This document shows positions 28,593 to 38,846 of a DNA stretch of 64,000 nucleotides, piece by piece. The stretch lies in the NCBI GenBank assembly GCA_029856145.1, contig JAHQWK010000020.1:1-64000 (forward strand). Reading direction: 5' to 3'. This stretch comes from Promethearchaeia archaeon. Lineage in GTDB: Archaea; Asgardarchaeota; Lokiarchaeia; Sigyniarchaeales; SOKP01. The notes under the pieces were generated by a model. It ran no database searches and was not told where the DNA came from. It was given only the letters and a program-made list of their open reading frames with translations. The translations under genes were made by a program, and so were the position numbers. Each line of letters begins with the position of its first letter. Position 1 is the first letter of the stretch.

Positions 28593-30005
28593 ATGAATTT
28601 TAAAGATGAAATTAAAATTATTGGGTTAAAAGAAATTCCATTAATTAAAAAGGGAGACAATATCCCTGAAATCTTAATGTATGCTTTAAACAGAAATGGA
28701 TTAACTTTACAAGATGGAGATATCATAGTTATTGCTCAAACAATCATTTCTAAATGCAATGGAAGAACGAGGAATTTAACTGAGATCATACCAAGTGAGA
28801 AAGCTCTTGAAATATACAAATCTTTAACGCAAAAAGCAAAAATTCATGGATTACCAGAAAAAAAACCCGAATTAATACAAGCCATTTTAGATGAAGCAAA
28901 AAAAATTGTAAAATATGAACATGTGTTGATAACTGAGACTAACCACGGGTTTATTTGTGCTGATGCGGGAATAGATAAATCTAATATTGAGGGTGAAGAA
29001 ATAATAACCCTATTACCAGAAAATCCAGATAAAGACGCTGAAAAAATAAGAAAAATATTGAAAAACAAAACCAAAAAGGAAATCGCAATAATTATATCTG
29101 ATTCATTTGGTAGACCTTTTAGAGTAGGAGCTATAGGAACTGCTATTGGAGTTTCAGGAATAAATCCAATTTTAGATATGCGAGGTAAGAAAGACTTATT
29201 TGGATATGAACTTCAGACAACTATTATTGGACAAGTTGATAGTCTTTCAGCAGCAGCACAATTAGTTATGGGGGAATCAGATGAAGGTATTCCAATAGTT
29301 TTAATAAGAGGGTATAATTTTGAATTTAATGAGAAGACAACAATTAAATCTATTCTAAGAAAGAAGGAAGATGATTTGTTTCTGGATAATGAAGAAATTA
29401 ATATGAATAAATTGCTTAAAAATCGTAGGAGCTACAAATTAATGTTTGCAGCGAGAAGTATAAGAAAAAATATTATTGAAGAATGCATTGAGCTTGCTCA
29501 ATGGGCTCCAAGTGCTCATAATGGGCAATTTTGGAGGTATATAATATTGGAGAGAGATAAGCTACGTGAAAGTTTAATAGAGAAAATGAATGAAAAATTA
29601 AGAATTGATTTAGAGAAAGATGGAAAATCTAAAGGTTTCATTAAATCTAAAGTGGAAAAGACCAGAATGAATTTCTTTAATGCCCCAACTTTAATTTTAT
29701 TATGCCTAGATACTTTAGATTTAGAGAAATATGCCGATCCAGAAAGGGCACAAAATGAATTCATTCTAGGGATCCAAAGTATTAGTAGTTCAGCAACATA
29801 TTTACTCCTTGCCTTAGAGATGAAAAAATTAGCTGCATGCTGGTATTGTGCTCCACTCTTTGCCAAAGATATAATAAAGGAAAGTTTAAACCTCCCTGAA
29901 ACATATATCCCCATGGCGTTTTTTACGGTTGGATACCCTCTGAAACCGATACAAACCCCAAAACGTAAAAAGTTGAAAGAAATAATATTTGAACTTAATA
30001 ATTAA
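28593..30005 (+). CDS. cofE: F420-0:gamma-glutamyl ligase fused to a nitroreductase domain (FbiB-type)
   Basis: CofE motifs CADAGIDKSN, SDSFGRPFR and MGESDEGIP; C-terminal NRRS...WAPSAHNGQFWR nitroreductase fold. Confidence 0.92.
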   Translation: MNFKDEIKIIGLKEIPLIKKGDNIPEILMYALNRNGLTLQDGDIIVIAQTIISKCNGRTRNLTEIIPSEKALEIYKSLTQKAKIHGLPEKKPELIQAILDEAKKIVKYEHVLITETNHGFICADAGIDKSNIEGEEIITLLPENPDKDAEKIRKILKNKTKKEIAIIISDSFGRPFRVGAIGTAIGVSGINPILDMRGKKDLFGYELQTTIIGQVDSLSAAAQLVMGESDEGIPIVLIRGYNFEFNEKTTIKSILRKKEDDLFLDNEEINMNKLLKNRRSYKLMFAARSIRKNIIEECIELAQWAPSAHNGQFWRYIILERDKLRESLIEKMNEKLRIDLEKDGKSKGFIKSKVEKTRMNFFNAPTLILLCLDTLDLEKYADPERAQNEFILGIQSISSSATYLLLALEMKKLAACWYCAPLFAKDIIKESLNLPETYIPMAFFTVGYPLKPIQTPKRKKLKEIIFELNN

Positions 30006-30017
30006 CGGTAATAAGCT

Positions 30018-30947
30018 ATGAGTGAAAATTATTATGTGCTTTTAGCAGGAGGAGTTGGAGCAGCAAAATTTATCGAAGGATTGGCTCAAATAATTAAACC
30101 AGAATTACTTAAAATCATTGTAAATACTGGTGATGATATTGAGTTATTTGGCCTTAAAATTTGCCCTGATTTAGATATTATTACTTATACATTAGCAAAT
30201 TTAGTCGATAAAGAAAAAGGATGGGGTTTTGTCGATGAAACTTTTAATTGTTTAAGTGTTTTAAAGAATTATTATGACACAGGATGGTTTAACGCAGGTG
30301 ATAAAGATTTAGCTACTCACATTTATCGCACCGATTTATTCAAGCAAGGTTTTAAAAAAGCAGAGATAACTAATTTGATATGTCAAAATTTAGGTGTTAA
30401 GTCTCATCTTATTCCTATGTCTAATGAAACTGTTGAGACTTTTATTACAACACCCTTGCAATCTATGCATTTCGAAGAATATTTCATTAAACATCAGTGC
30501 AAACCTGAAATTCTTAAAATTGAATTTAAAGGGATTGAAAAAGCAATGCCTGTCAATAATGTATTAAAATATATAAAAAGAGCTAGAAAAGTAATAATTT
30601 GTCCTTCAAATCCAATTGTATCAATAGGAACTATCCTTCAAGTGGAAGGTATAAAGGATGCACTTTCTAAAGCCAAAGATAAAGTTTTTGCAATAAGTCC
30701 AATTATAGAGGGTGCCACCGTTAAAGGACCCGCAGATAAAATGATGAAGTGTTATGGTTTAGAAGTCTCTTGTATAGGTATTGCAAGTTTTTATAAGGAA
30801 TTTTTAGGAAACTTTATTATTGATAATAATGATTGCGAATTTAAACCTAAAATTGAAGAATTAGGAATTAAGACTTATTGCTATGATACTCTAATGATAA
30901 ATCCAAAAAAAAAGATAGATTTAGCTAAGTATATCATAAACTTATAA
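30018..30947 (+). CDS. cofD: 2-phospho-L-lactate/PEP transferase (CofD/FbiA)
   Basis: LAGGVGAAKF, VNTGDD, CPDLD, GDKDLATH, HFEEY, PSNPIVSIG and KGPADKMM. Confidence 0.95.
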   Translation: MSENYYVLLAGGVGAAKFIEGLAQIIKPELLKIIVNTGDDIELFGLKICPDLDIITYTLANLVDKEKGWGFVDETFNCLSVLKNYYDTGWFNAGDKDLATHIYRTDLFKQGFKKAEITNLICQNLGVKSHLIPMSNETVETFITTPLQSMHFEEYFIKHQCKPEILKIEFKGIEKAMPVNNVLKYIKRARKVIICPSNPIVSIGTILQVEGIKDALSKAKDKVFAISPIIEGATVKGPADKMMKCYGLEVSCIGIASFYKEFLGNFIIDNNDCEFKPKIEELGIKTYCYDTLMINPKKKIDLAKYIINL

Positions 30948-30965
30948 TTAGAAAAAGAAAGATAC

Positions 30966-32432
30966 TTAAGCAGATTCAGTTGCTACTTCCTCAGCTTCTT
31001 CTTCCAAAGGTGTTTTAACTTCTTCCTTTATAACGTAATCCCCAACTGAAGTTAGAAGTTCCTTTATACGTCCTTCTTGTTGCAATCGAATTATCAAGTT
31101 TCTATGTTTGATAAATGCAATTAATTTTGAAATTACTGGAAAAATTAACATAATTGGAAGGAGTAAGATAATAATGACTTCAGGAGAATACATTGCTACA
31201 CTTTCAGTAATTGCATCAGGTAATTGTATAACTGTGTCTAAAAACCAATGTGGGTGAATAATGATAAAACTTATAATCATAAGTAAGCCTACACGATAAA
31301 TAAAGTTGAATAATGTAGAGGTTGCTAAATTTCGAGCTCTAGGTGCTGAGGAGCTTGCAGTTAACGTATCTCTTGCTTCAGGATCTTCTCGAAAAAGACG
31401 ATCTATATACCTCCCAAGTCTTCTAGTTTTAGAGGCAGCAGTTACTAATTTTTTTTCCTCTTCTTCTAATTTTCTCCTTTCTATCATTTCTTTTACATAG
31501 GAAAATCGCCTACCTGTTTTTGCAAAGAATCTTCCAACAACTAATCCTTCTTTTTGCTTTGCTTCAATTTCTTTCATTCTTTCTTTGGCTTCTGCTTTTA
31601 TTTTGTCAATATTAGCAGTTACAAAATGTGATTCTCTGGCTAGAATATTCAATTGAGCTTCTAATCTGTCATTTCTCTCTAATGAGGGTTTAGTAACAGT
31701 ATCTGCATAATTAATTTGAAATGCCAGTTCTAGATAAATATATGATATAATAGCAAATAAGATAACTGGACTCACTATAAATTGAAAGAAGTTATCAATA
31801 GGAATTTGAGTTAGACTGTCATCAAGAGGATTCGTAGAGGCCATTTGATATATATATTGCACGAACTCTGGTCTACTTTCTGGAGAGACATTTCCTAGGA
31901 ATAAATGCAGCATATCTCTTAAACCAACCACCATTAGAGGGACAATAATCATAAGGACTATTGAGCCAATTGCTACAAAAGAATGTTTTGGATCACTTTT
32001 GAAAAAACCTCTTATTGCATATATAACTGAAATAACAAATAAAATTTGAAAAATGAATAAATAGAGATCATTAAAAAGTACTCCTAATTCGCTCAATATT
32101 AAATTGGGAATGTTTTGTAATTCTGGCTGAGGGATTGAAAACCATTTGCTCAAGTATCCCTGAAAAAAACCTTCAATAAAGTTAAACATATAACTGTTAA
32201 ATCCACCTCCAAAAATAAAGGCTAAACCATAAGCAATAAGGAAAAAAAATCCATAGATTATGTATGAGAAAACGTTTTTTAATGCTCCTAAAAAGGCAAA
32301 TAACACGAATTCATTGTCTGCTGTTACAACTACTGTATTAAAATCAAAAATTGAAGTTAGAAAAATAATATATAGCCAGGCGAATATAGCTAGATTGATT
32401 ATTTTTAATGATAATAAATATCCGCGAGCCAT
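30966..32432 (-). CDS. Hypothetical polytopic membrane protein with cytoplasmic coiled-coil loop (last gene of the MoxR cluster)
   Basis: About 6 N-terminal and 2 C-terminal TM segments flank a charged helical region; 3-nt gap after the DUF58 gene. Confidence 0.75.
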   Translation of the reverse strand: MARGYLLSLKIINLAIFAWLYIIFLTSIFDFNTVVVTADNEFVLFAFLGALKNVFSYIIYGFFFLIAYGLAFIFGGGFNSYMFNFIEGFFQGYLSKWFSIPQPELQNIPNLILSELGVLFNDLYLFIFQILFVISVIYAIRGFFKSDPKHSFVAIGSIVLMIIVPLMVVGLRDMLHLFLGNVSPESRPEFVQYIYQMASTNPLDDSLTQIPIDNFFQFIVSPVILFAIISYIYLELAFQINYADTVTKPSLERNDRLEAQLNILARESHFVTANIDKIKAEAKERMKEIEAKQKEGLVVGRFFAKTGRRFSYVKEMIERRKLEEEEKKLVTAASKTRRLGRYIDRLFREDPEARDTLTASSSAPRARNLATSTLFNFIYRVGLLMIISFIIIHPHWFLDTVIQLPDAITESVAMYSPEVIIILLLPIMLIFPVISKLIAFIKHRNLIIRLQQEGRIKELLTSVGDYVIKEEVKTPLEEEAEEVATESA

Positions 32433-32435
32433 TTC

Positions 32436-33764
32436 TTAATACGCCTTCCCTTTTTTTTTTGCTTCCATATAATTACTTAGAACTTGATTCATCATATCAT
32501 CAGGTCCACAGGTTATTATATTAATTCCCAGATTTCGAAGATTTTGTCTAATAGATAAAATATGTTCCATCATTTCTTCACTAATTGCTTCTGCTAAAGC
32601 TTTATCAGTTGAAGATAAATCTATTTCATGAATCTCGAACCAAGGACTGAATGGATTAATAATTATAATAGTATGATTAAATGGGACTAATTTTTTAATA
32701 GCTTGAGAAATATCCTTAGGATTTGCTTCTAAATCAGATATGACAAAAACTAAACTGCGTTTTTGAAAACGTTTTGTAAAATGAGCCATGGCTTCATTGA
32801 ATTTGCACTTTCCTTGTGGTTTTATCCTTGCGACAAAATCTAAAACTTGATAAAAGTGGTCTTCTCCACTATTTGGTTTTAAAAATTTCAAATTCTTTTT
32901 GTCTGAGAAGGTAAAAACTCCTACATTATCTCTTCGTGTTAATGCTACTTTTGTTAAAAGCATACAGGCTCTTATTGCATATTCAAATTTTGTATTTTCA
33001 ATTGCTCCACCCGCCATTGTATCAGATGAATCTACAACAATCATTATGGTTACATCTCTTTCACTTTCATGCTCTTTAACGATTAGTGTTTGAGTTCGAG
33101 CACTTGCTTTCCAATCTATCAATCTAAATTGATCTCCAAAAACATATTTCCTCATCCCATAAAATTCCGATCCAAGTCCTTTTTGTTTCGATCTTTGTAA
33201 TCCATAATTTAATTGTAAAGATCGTTTTGAACCTAAAATTTCAATTCTTTTAATATCTTCATAAGGTGGATATATAAGAATATCTGTAACACTATCTGGT
33301 ACAATCCTTTCAACTGAATTAAATCCTAATCTATCTTTCACTATTATTGATAAGGGTCCGAGAGCATATTCTCCTCTTACTTTTGGTTCAAGAACGTAAG
33401 TGAATTTAATTAGATCTTTTGGTCCAATTCTAGTAGATATAAAATTTTCACCTAAAATTAATCTAAATAGCTGTGGGTTGTAGTTATCTCTTATTTCAAT
33501 AAAATCAAAGCTGTTACGACCAATATTTTCAATTACCACTTTTACATGAACAAAATCATCTTTGAATACTTTTTCTTTCTCAAGTTCTCTATGCACATGC
33601 AATTCTTCTATATTCATTTTATAGTAGAAAATTGGTAAACTAATTATTGTACTAAATAATAATAAAATTGCGAAGTAAATTAAGAAATAATTTACGAATG
33701 CAAATCCAGCTGTAAGAAAAAATACAGCAAATAAAATTAAACTTCTACCTTTACCTCCTAGTAT
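32436..33764 (-). CDS. DUF58 vWA-domain protein (MoxR partner); N-terminus extended past the ORF-track ATG to a probable ATA start
   Basis: GSEFYGMRKYVFGD...IDWKASAR, VKEHE and VVDSSDTM (MIDAS-like). 49 in-frame codons upstream of ATG 33617 encode the usual two-TM hairpin. Confidence 0.88.
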   Translation of the reverse strand: MLGGKGRSLILFAVFFLTAGFAFVNYFLIYFAILLLFSTIISLPIFYYKMNIEELHVHRELEKEKVFKDDFVHVKVVIENIGRNSFDFIEIRDNYNPQLFRLILGENFISTRIGPKDLIKFTYVLEPKVRGEYALGPLSIIVKDRLGFNSVERIVPDSVTDILIYPPYEDIKRIEILGSKRSLQLNYGLQRSKQKGLGSEFYGMRKYVFGDQFRLIDWKASARTQTLIVKEHESERDVTIMIVVDSSDTMAGGAIENTKFEYAIRACMLLTKVALTRRDNVGVFTFSDKKNLKFLKPNSGEDHFYQVLDFVARIKPQGKCKFNEAMAHFTKRFQKRSLVFVISDLEANPKDISQAIKKLVPFNHTIIIINPFSPWFEIHEIDLSSTDKALAEAISEEMMEHILSIRQNLRNLGINIITCGPDDMMNQVLSNYMEAKKKGKAY

Positions 33765-33832
33765 AAAAATACACCTTATTTAATATTTTTTCTTCCAATT
33801 CTGATTAAATACTACACCATAAAAAAAACGGT

Positions 33833-34813
33833 TTAGATAGGGATTGATATATCTTCGACAATTGATTTAATAACAGCCTTTGCATCAAGACCTTCTAATT
33901 CTGCTTCTGGTTTTAAAAGAATTCTGTGGTTTAATGCTGGGATGATTAATGCTCGCACATCATCAGGGGTCACATATGATCGGCCTAGTATCGCAGCACG
34001 AGCTTTTGCACATTTCATAAGAGTTAAGCTGGCTCTTGGTCCACATCCGAGGGCAATCTGTGGATGATTTCTAGTTTTTAATATGATATCACGAACATAT
34101 TTTAGAATTCGATCATCAATATAGACTAAATTCATAATTTTCTGTGCTGCGAGGATTTCTTCACCAGTTGTGATTACTTCAACTGAGGGTGATTCACCTG
34201 AAATTTGTCGACGCATAATTTCTACTTCTTCATCTTTCTCAGGATAATCTAGCCAGAGTTTAAATAAGAATCTATCAATTTGAGCTTCTGGCAGTGGATA
34301 AGTTCCTTCCATTTCTACAGGGTTTTCTGTTGCAACAACGATGAAGGGTTTTTCAAGCTGTAAAGTTTGACCCTCAATAGTTATTTGACGTTCAGCCATA
34401 GCTTCAAGTAGAGCTGCTTGTGTTTTAGGAGCAGCTCTGTTAATCTCATCAGCTAGTACCAAGTTAGCAAAAAGCGGTCCTTTTTGAAGTACAAATGCAC
34501 CTTCATTCTGATTAAATATTTTTGTACCTGTAATATCTGCTGGTAACAAATCAGGAGTGAATTGAACTCTTCGAAATGATATACCGAGTGTTTTAGCAAA
34601 AGTTTTAGCCATTACCGTTTTGCCAAGACCTGGGACTCCTTCTAGTAGTACATGCCCATTCACAAGTAGAGCTATAAAAAGTTGCTGTAGAATTTCACCA
34701 TACCCTACGATCACTCGACTTACTTCACTTAATACTTCCTGTGCTATCTCTCTTATAGGTACTACATCAATTTCCTCATGGTCATAATATTTTGCTTTGT
34801 CCGGAGCTTCCAT
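33833..34813 (-). CDS. moxR: MoxR-family AAA+ ATPase
   Basis: GHVLLEGVPGLGKT, RVQFTPDLLPADITG, LADEINRA and TYPLPEAQIDRF. Confidence 0.96.
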   Translation of the reverse strand: MEAPDKAKYYDHEEIDVVPIREIAQEVLSEVSRVIVGYGEILQQLFIALLVNGHVLLEGVPGLGKTVMAKTFAKTLGISFRRVQFTPDLLPADITGTKIFNQNEGAFVLQKGPLFANLVLADEINRAAPKTQAALLEAMAERQITIEGQTLQLEKPFIVVATENPVEMEGTYPLPEAQIDRFLFKLWLDYPEKDEEVEIMRRQISGESPSVEVITTGEEILAAQKIMNLVYIDDRILKYVRDIILKTRNHPQIALGCGPRASLTLMKCAKARAAILGRSYVTPDDVRALIIPALNHRILLKPEAELEGLDAKAVIKSIVEDISIPI

Positions 34814-34886
34814 TTATTTATAACCTCTATATTTTTTAATTTTTATATTATTTTTTTTAATTTTTTATTTGATATTTTAAAATTGA

Positions 34887-36671
34887 TTAAATAATGTTAA
34901 CTGCCCAGTCCATTTCGAAAAATAGTTCTTCGAAATCTTGTTCAGTTTTAACTTTTTCTTTTCCTTCTTTAATTGATAAAATTTTATCCATAAACTTACT
35001 TAATCTTCTTGTTTTTAATTTGGTGGTTGAGGGATCTTTTGCAATAACTAGATCTACCACATTTTGTGTTGTTATTTTTGCTCCTCCCAATTGCCTATGT
35101 AATTTCCTTTCTAGCCTTCTGTAAAGCAGTTTTAAAGCATCTCCATATTTCATTTTATCTCTATATTCCTCAATCTTTTGGGCAAAAAAGGAAGATGTTC
35201 TAAATCTAGCAATTTCTTCTTTCTTTTCTTCTTCTGCTGCTATTTTTTGTTCTTCCTGCTTTTTATCCTTTTTTGGGAGGTATTTCCTTAATGTATAAAA
35301 TGCTAGAAGAGGGTAAATCCAGGCTGTGATTGGATTTGTTGATAAGTGTACAATATACTGCATTACGAAACCAAATATCCCTGCGGATGAAAGATCTCTT
35401 GAATATTCTGGTCTTATATGAGCTTCATCGAAAACTACAATCCATTCCTCCTTACTCCTTCCTTCATTTACTTGTGTCAACCATTCAATGATATTTATTC
35501 CAAATTGCATATTATCATAAGTAGGCTCATTAATTAGTTCATTATTAAATAAGCTTGCATCAGCAGAGACAAATAATCGTTGTCTCCCCATATCATTTGC
35601 TAAAAATACATGTTGTTCATATACTCCAAGGGGAAATGTGGTAGGAAGTGGGAATCCTAAATCTATTAAACTCATAAAACCCAAATTAAGTGCATCCTCA
35701 GGTTCATTATAATACCCATTATTATCTTTATCTATAAATGAATGAGGTTGTGAGGTGCCTACAGAAGTCCAACCAAATGCACTTATAAAAGGTCCTCCTA
35801 CAGCACAAGAAGCTACTGAAAGTATAACTTCGTCAATATAATATGGAGTATTTCTGGTTGGATGAGTAGCAAAATTTGTAATCACAGGAAATTCAGGTGT
35901 CGGATTATAAGATTCATTATCCCGTAAAATGCCATTAGGAAATATTGTTAATGGTATATTGATACTAGGATCAAACAAACTCGCAATTAGGATTTCCCAT
36001 AATAACGTACTTGTAGAACCATGATCGTGACATATTAATAGTGAATTAGTTCCTTTTAAAAATTCTATAAAATAAGGTACTTCAAAAATAGGATCATAAA
36101 ATTGATTTGGGCCTAGTAAAATCAATAATATAGATTCTTTTCTATTATTATTAATCGTTGTATTTATTAACCGGTTAGTAGCACTCAAACTTGATTGTAC
36201 CGTCATGACATCGTATCCATCATTTTCAATAGCTTTTTTAAAGTCTGTAGCACCATTCCAGTCTGGATTATAAACTGAAAAATTCTGATTATTTTCCCCT
36301 CTGTCAATTATGGGAGAAAATAAAGGAATGAACACAAAGATAAATATAATGACAAATAGTGCTTGTTTATATATTGAACCAGATTTAATTTTCTTTCGGG
36401 ATTGTGTTTGACGTATTTTTACAGTTGTGGCATTTCTTAGAAATATAATAAGAAAAACCACACTAAAAATTGCTCCAAAATAACATAAAAGAGGGATATA
36501 GGTTAAAATACCCCACCAAACGGGTAATTCACCTGGATTTTCTTGCTGAATATGAACAACAAAATCGCTAATTATAATTCCAAAAATGATTAAATATATC
36601 GTTAAGAATGTAAAAACTATTCCTTTTGAAATATTTATACTCTTTTGAGATGCTTTTCCTTGTTTCACCAT
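34887..36671 (-). CDS. DUF4350/GldG-like membrane protein
   Basis: Three N-terminal TMs; FSVYNPDWNGATDF, ADASLFNN and VFDEAH motifs; then a TM helix and cytoplasmic helical tail. Confidence 0.72.
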   Translation of the reverse strand: MVKQGKASQKSINISKGIVFTFLTIYLIIFGIIISDFVVHIQQENPGELPVWWGILTYIPLLCYFGAIFSVVFLIIFLRNATTVKIRQTQSRKKIKSGSIYKQALFVIIFIFVFIPLFSPIIDRGENNQNFSVYNPDWNGATDFKKAIENDGYDVMTVQSSLSATNRLINTTINNNRKESILLILLGPNQFYDPIFEVPYFIEFLKGTNSLLICHDHGSTSTLLWEILIASLFDPSINIPLTIFPNGILRDNESYNPTPEFPVITNFATHPTRNTPYYIDEVILSVASCAVGGPFISAFGWTSVGTSQPHSFIDKDNNGYYNEPEDALNLGFMSLIDLGFPLPTTFPLGVYEQHVFLANDMGRQRLFVSADASLFNNELINEPTYDNMQFGINIIEWLTQVNEGRSKEEWIVVFDEAHIRPEYSRDLSSAGIFGFVMQYIVHLSTNPITAWIYPLLAFYTLRKYLPKKDKKQEEQKIAAEEEKKEEIARFRTSSFFAQKIEEYRDKMKYGDALKLLYRRLERKLHRQLGGAKITTQNVVDLVIAKDPSTTKLKTRRLSKFMDKILSIKEGKEKVKTEQDFEELFFEMDWAVNII

Positions 36672-36725
36672 TGTGATTACTTTTTAGTATTTTGAAATTA
36701 TAACAAATAATAATTGTTCTTAAAC

Positions 36726-37103
36726 CTACAATTTAAAGGTGAATGTCTTCCCCGTTATTTTGTTATATAAATTAGTAAACAAATCAATTGTAAAGTTAAG
36801 TTCGTTAGTTGTAGGTTCAACCCCACCATAGATTATATCTTCGATTTTTTTTATAAATGGATATATAAATTCTGGTTTCAGATTCATATCTAATTCATTC
36901 ACACAGGCAATAGCATATTCACGAATAGTTTGATGAGCTAATCTAGGTTTCTTAAATTTAATATTAATAAGATCATCGTACACAAGATAAATATAAGCTA
37001 TTGCCTCCTTGGGTCTGTTAGTTTCAACTAGAATCTTAACATTATCAAATTTCTGCTTAATATTAATCTCTGGTTCTGGTTGTTTTTTTTTCTTTTTTGC
37101 CAT
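36726..37103 (-). CDS. Stand-alone DUF4129-like helical protein
   Basis: AIAYIY...QTIREYA...IEDIIYG; clearly paralogous to the C-terminus of 37221..38816. Confidence 0.7.
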   Translation of the reverse strand: MAKKKKKQPEPEINIKQKFDNVKILVETNRPKEAIAYIYLVYDDLINIKFKKPRLAHQTIREYAIACVNELDMNLKPEFIYPFIKKIEDIIYGGVEPTTNELNFTIDLFTNLYNKITGKTFTFKL

Positions 37104-37220
37104 TATTTTCTACCTATTTCTATATTTTTTCGAATAATTTATTTATTAATTTTTTTTGAATTTATAATTCTTTGTACTTATTTTTGATTTTTATTTTTGA
37201 TTTTTTTATTATATTTGAAT

Positions 37221-38816
37221 TTAAAAATTTAAAACAAAATTATATCCAGTTAATTGGAAATATATTGGTGAAAATAATTCACATGTATTATAGAAGTCTT
37301 TTTCTGTTATTTTAAAGGGTTTTGCATATATTATTTCCTCGACTTTTTGAATAAAAGGGTAAATTGATGAGGGAGTTAATTTTAATTCTTTTACAGAAAT
37401 AATCGCAAAGTCTCTAATTGTCTCATTTTCTTTTCTTATTATATTATATTTAGCATTAATTAAATCCATATAAATACCATTAAATAAATATGATATAGAT
37501 TCTTCTAATCTTCCCGAATCTTTAAGAATCTTAAGATTTATAATTTTTGATTCGAGTGGTAGACTAACTACCCGAGATTCTTTTTCTTGTTTTTTATAAA
37601 ATTTAATTCCATATACAACTAAGCCCGTAACAACACCTGCCAAAATTGGAAAAAAGATTAAAGAAAAAATTAAGAATGGGGGTAAATCACCTGCTCCAGG
37701 ACCTGACGGAAGTGCTGATTCCACGAGTATGTATTGTATGGGTGAACTAATATCTTTTCCTGCAAAATCAACTAATTGAACTTGAATTGATGCAGTTCCA
37801 TTACCGTCAGGAACTTGAAACTCAGAAGTAAAGCTACCATCTACTATCGTTGTTGCTGTATCAACATAGGTTCCATTGAAATAAATTTCAACATCCCTGT
37901 TACTAATTTTTAGAGAGGGATCTGTACTAGATGTAAGTGTTCCAGTTAAGGTATATCTAGCTCCTTCTCTAGTAGTATAGTCAATATCCAAATTCCATGC
38001 AACATCTGAAAATACTTTAATATTGGGTATGGACATTTCTGAGTAATCAACATACGGAGGATCTGTGTAGTTGAATTTCAGAGTTAATCGACTTGCAGAT
38101 GTAATTGGAATTTGTAAGTTTGGTAGAGAACCTGAAGCATCAGTGAAAAATGAACCTTGTGAGATGATTAAAGACCCGTCTAACCAATAATAGTTGACAC
38201 TCTCAAAGGGGATTCCATTTCCATTATCATAATTTAAATGCCCATTTATATTGAAATCTTCTTCAGTCAATTTAGGCGTTGAGGTGTCATCATGAGAGAT
38301 AATATCGAAATAGGAGGTTGCATTTACATATATTATATAGAAATGGTGATATTCAATTTCACTATCAGGACCCCCTGGCTCTGTATCTGTTACAATAACT
38401 TCTAGTTTATGGTTTGAATATACATCAAGATCTGGGTTAATCGTATAACGAATAGTAAAATATCCGTTTATTCCGGTTGTGTTTGTATATCCCCAATCAA
38501 TAATATCATCAACTTCAATTGCAACATTAACTCCCGAAGTATCAATTGATTCATTAAATACATTATAAAGCCGTCCTTTAACAGAGATGGAGGTATAGTG
38601 AGTGAACCTTGAATTATTTACTTCACTAGGATTTGTAAGGTCTAATGTTGCCCAAAACCAAGACATTTTTGGATTTAAATTAGTTTTTTGGGTGTTATTA
38701 TTTAAAAATATGTTAGTAAATAAAGTAAAATTAACTATAATAGCTAAAAAGATAATTAAGATCCCGATTGTTTTAGATTTTTTTTTAAGACTTTTAGGAA
38801 TCTTAAGTTTTTTCAT
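37221..38816 (-). CDS. Membrane-anchored protein with Ig-like extracellular domains and a cytoplasmic DUF4129-like tail
   Basis: N-terminal TM, about 3 beta-sandwich-like repeats (G.L......V.......TT...G.F), a second TM, then ETIRDFA...VEEIIYA. Confidence 0.75.
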   Translation of the reverse strand: MKKLKIPKSLKKKSKTIGILIIFLAIIVNFTLFTNIFLNNNTQKTNLNPKMSWFWATLDLTNPSEVNNSRFTHYTSISVKGRLYNVFNESIDTSGVNVAIEVDDIIDWGYTNTTGINGYFTIRYTINPDLDVYSNHKLEVIVTDTEPGGPDSEIEYHHFYIIYVNATSYFDIISHDDTSTPKLTEEDFNINGHLNYDNGNGIPFESVNYYWLDGSLIISQGSFFTDASGSLPNLQIPITSASRLTLKFNYTDPPYVDYSEMSIPNIKVFSDVAWNLDIDYTTREGARYTLTGTLTSSTDPSLKISNRDVEIYFNGTYVDTATTIVDGSFTSEFQVPDGNGTASIQVQLVDFAGKDISSPIQYILVESALPSGPGAGDLPPFLIFSLIFFPILAGVVTGLVVYGIKFYKKQEKESRVVSLPLESKIINLKILKDSGRLEESISYLFNGIYMDLINAKYNIIRKENETIRDFAIISVKELKLTPSSIYPFIQKVEEIIYAKPFKITEKDFYNTCELFSPIYFQLTGYNFVLNF

Positions 38817-38846
38817 TTTATTTAATTTTCACCCTTTTTAATTTCA

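Noticed and set aside
37130-37215. Short T-rich repeats (TTTTTGATTTTT-like) in intergenic DNA
   Set aside because: Low-complexity A/T tracts expected at this base composition; no defined unit or spacer structure
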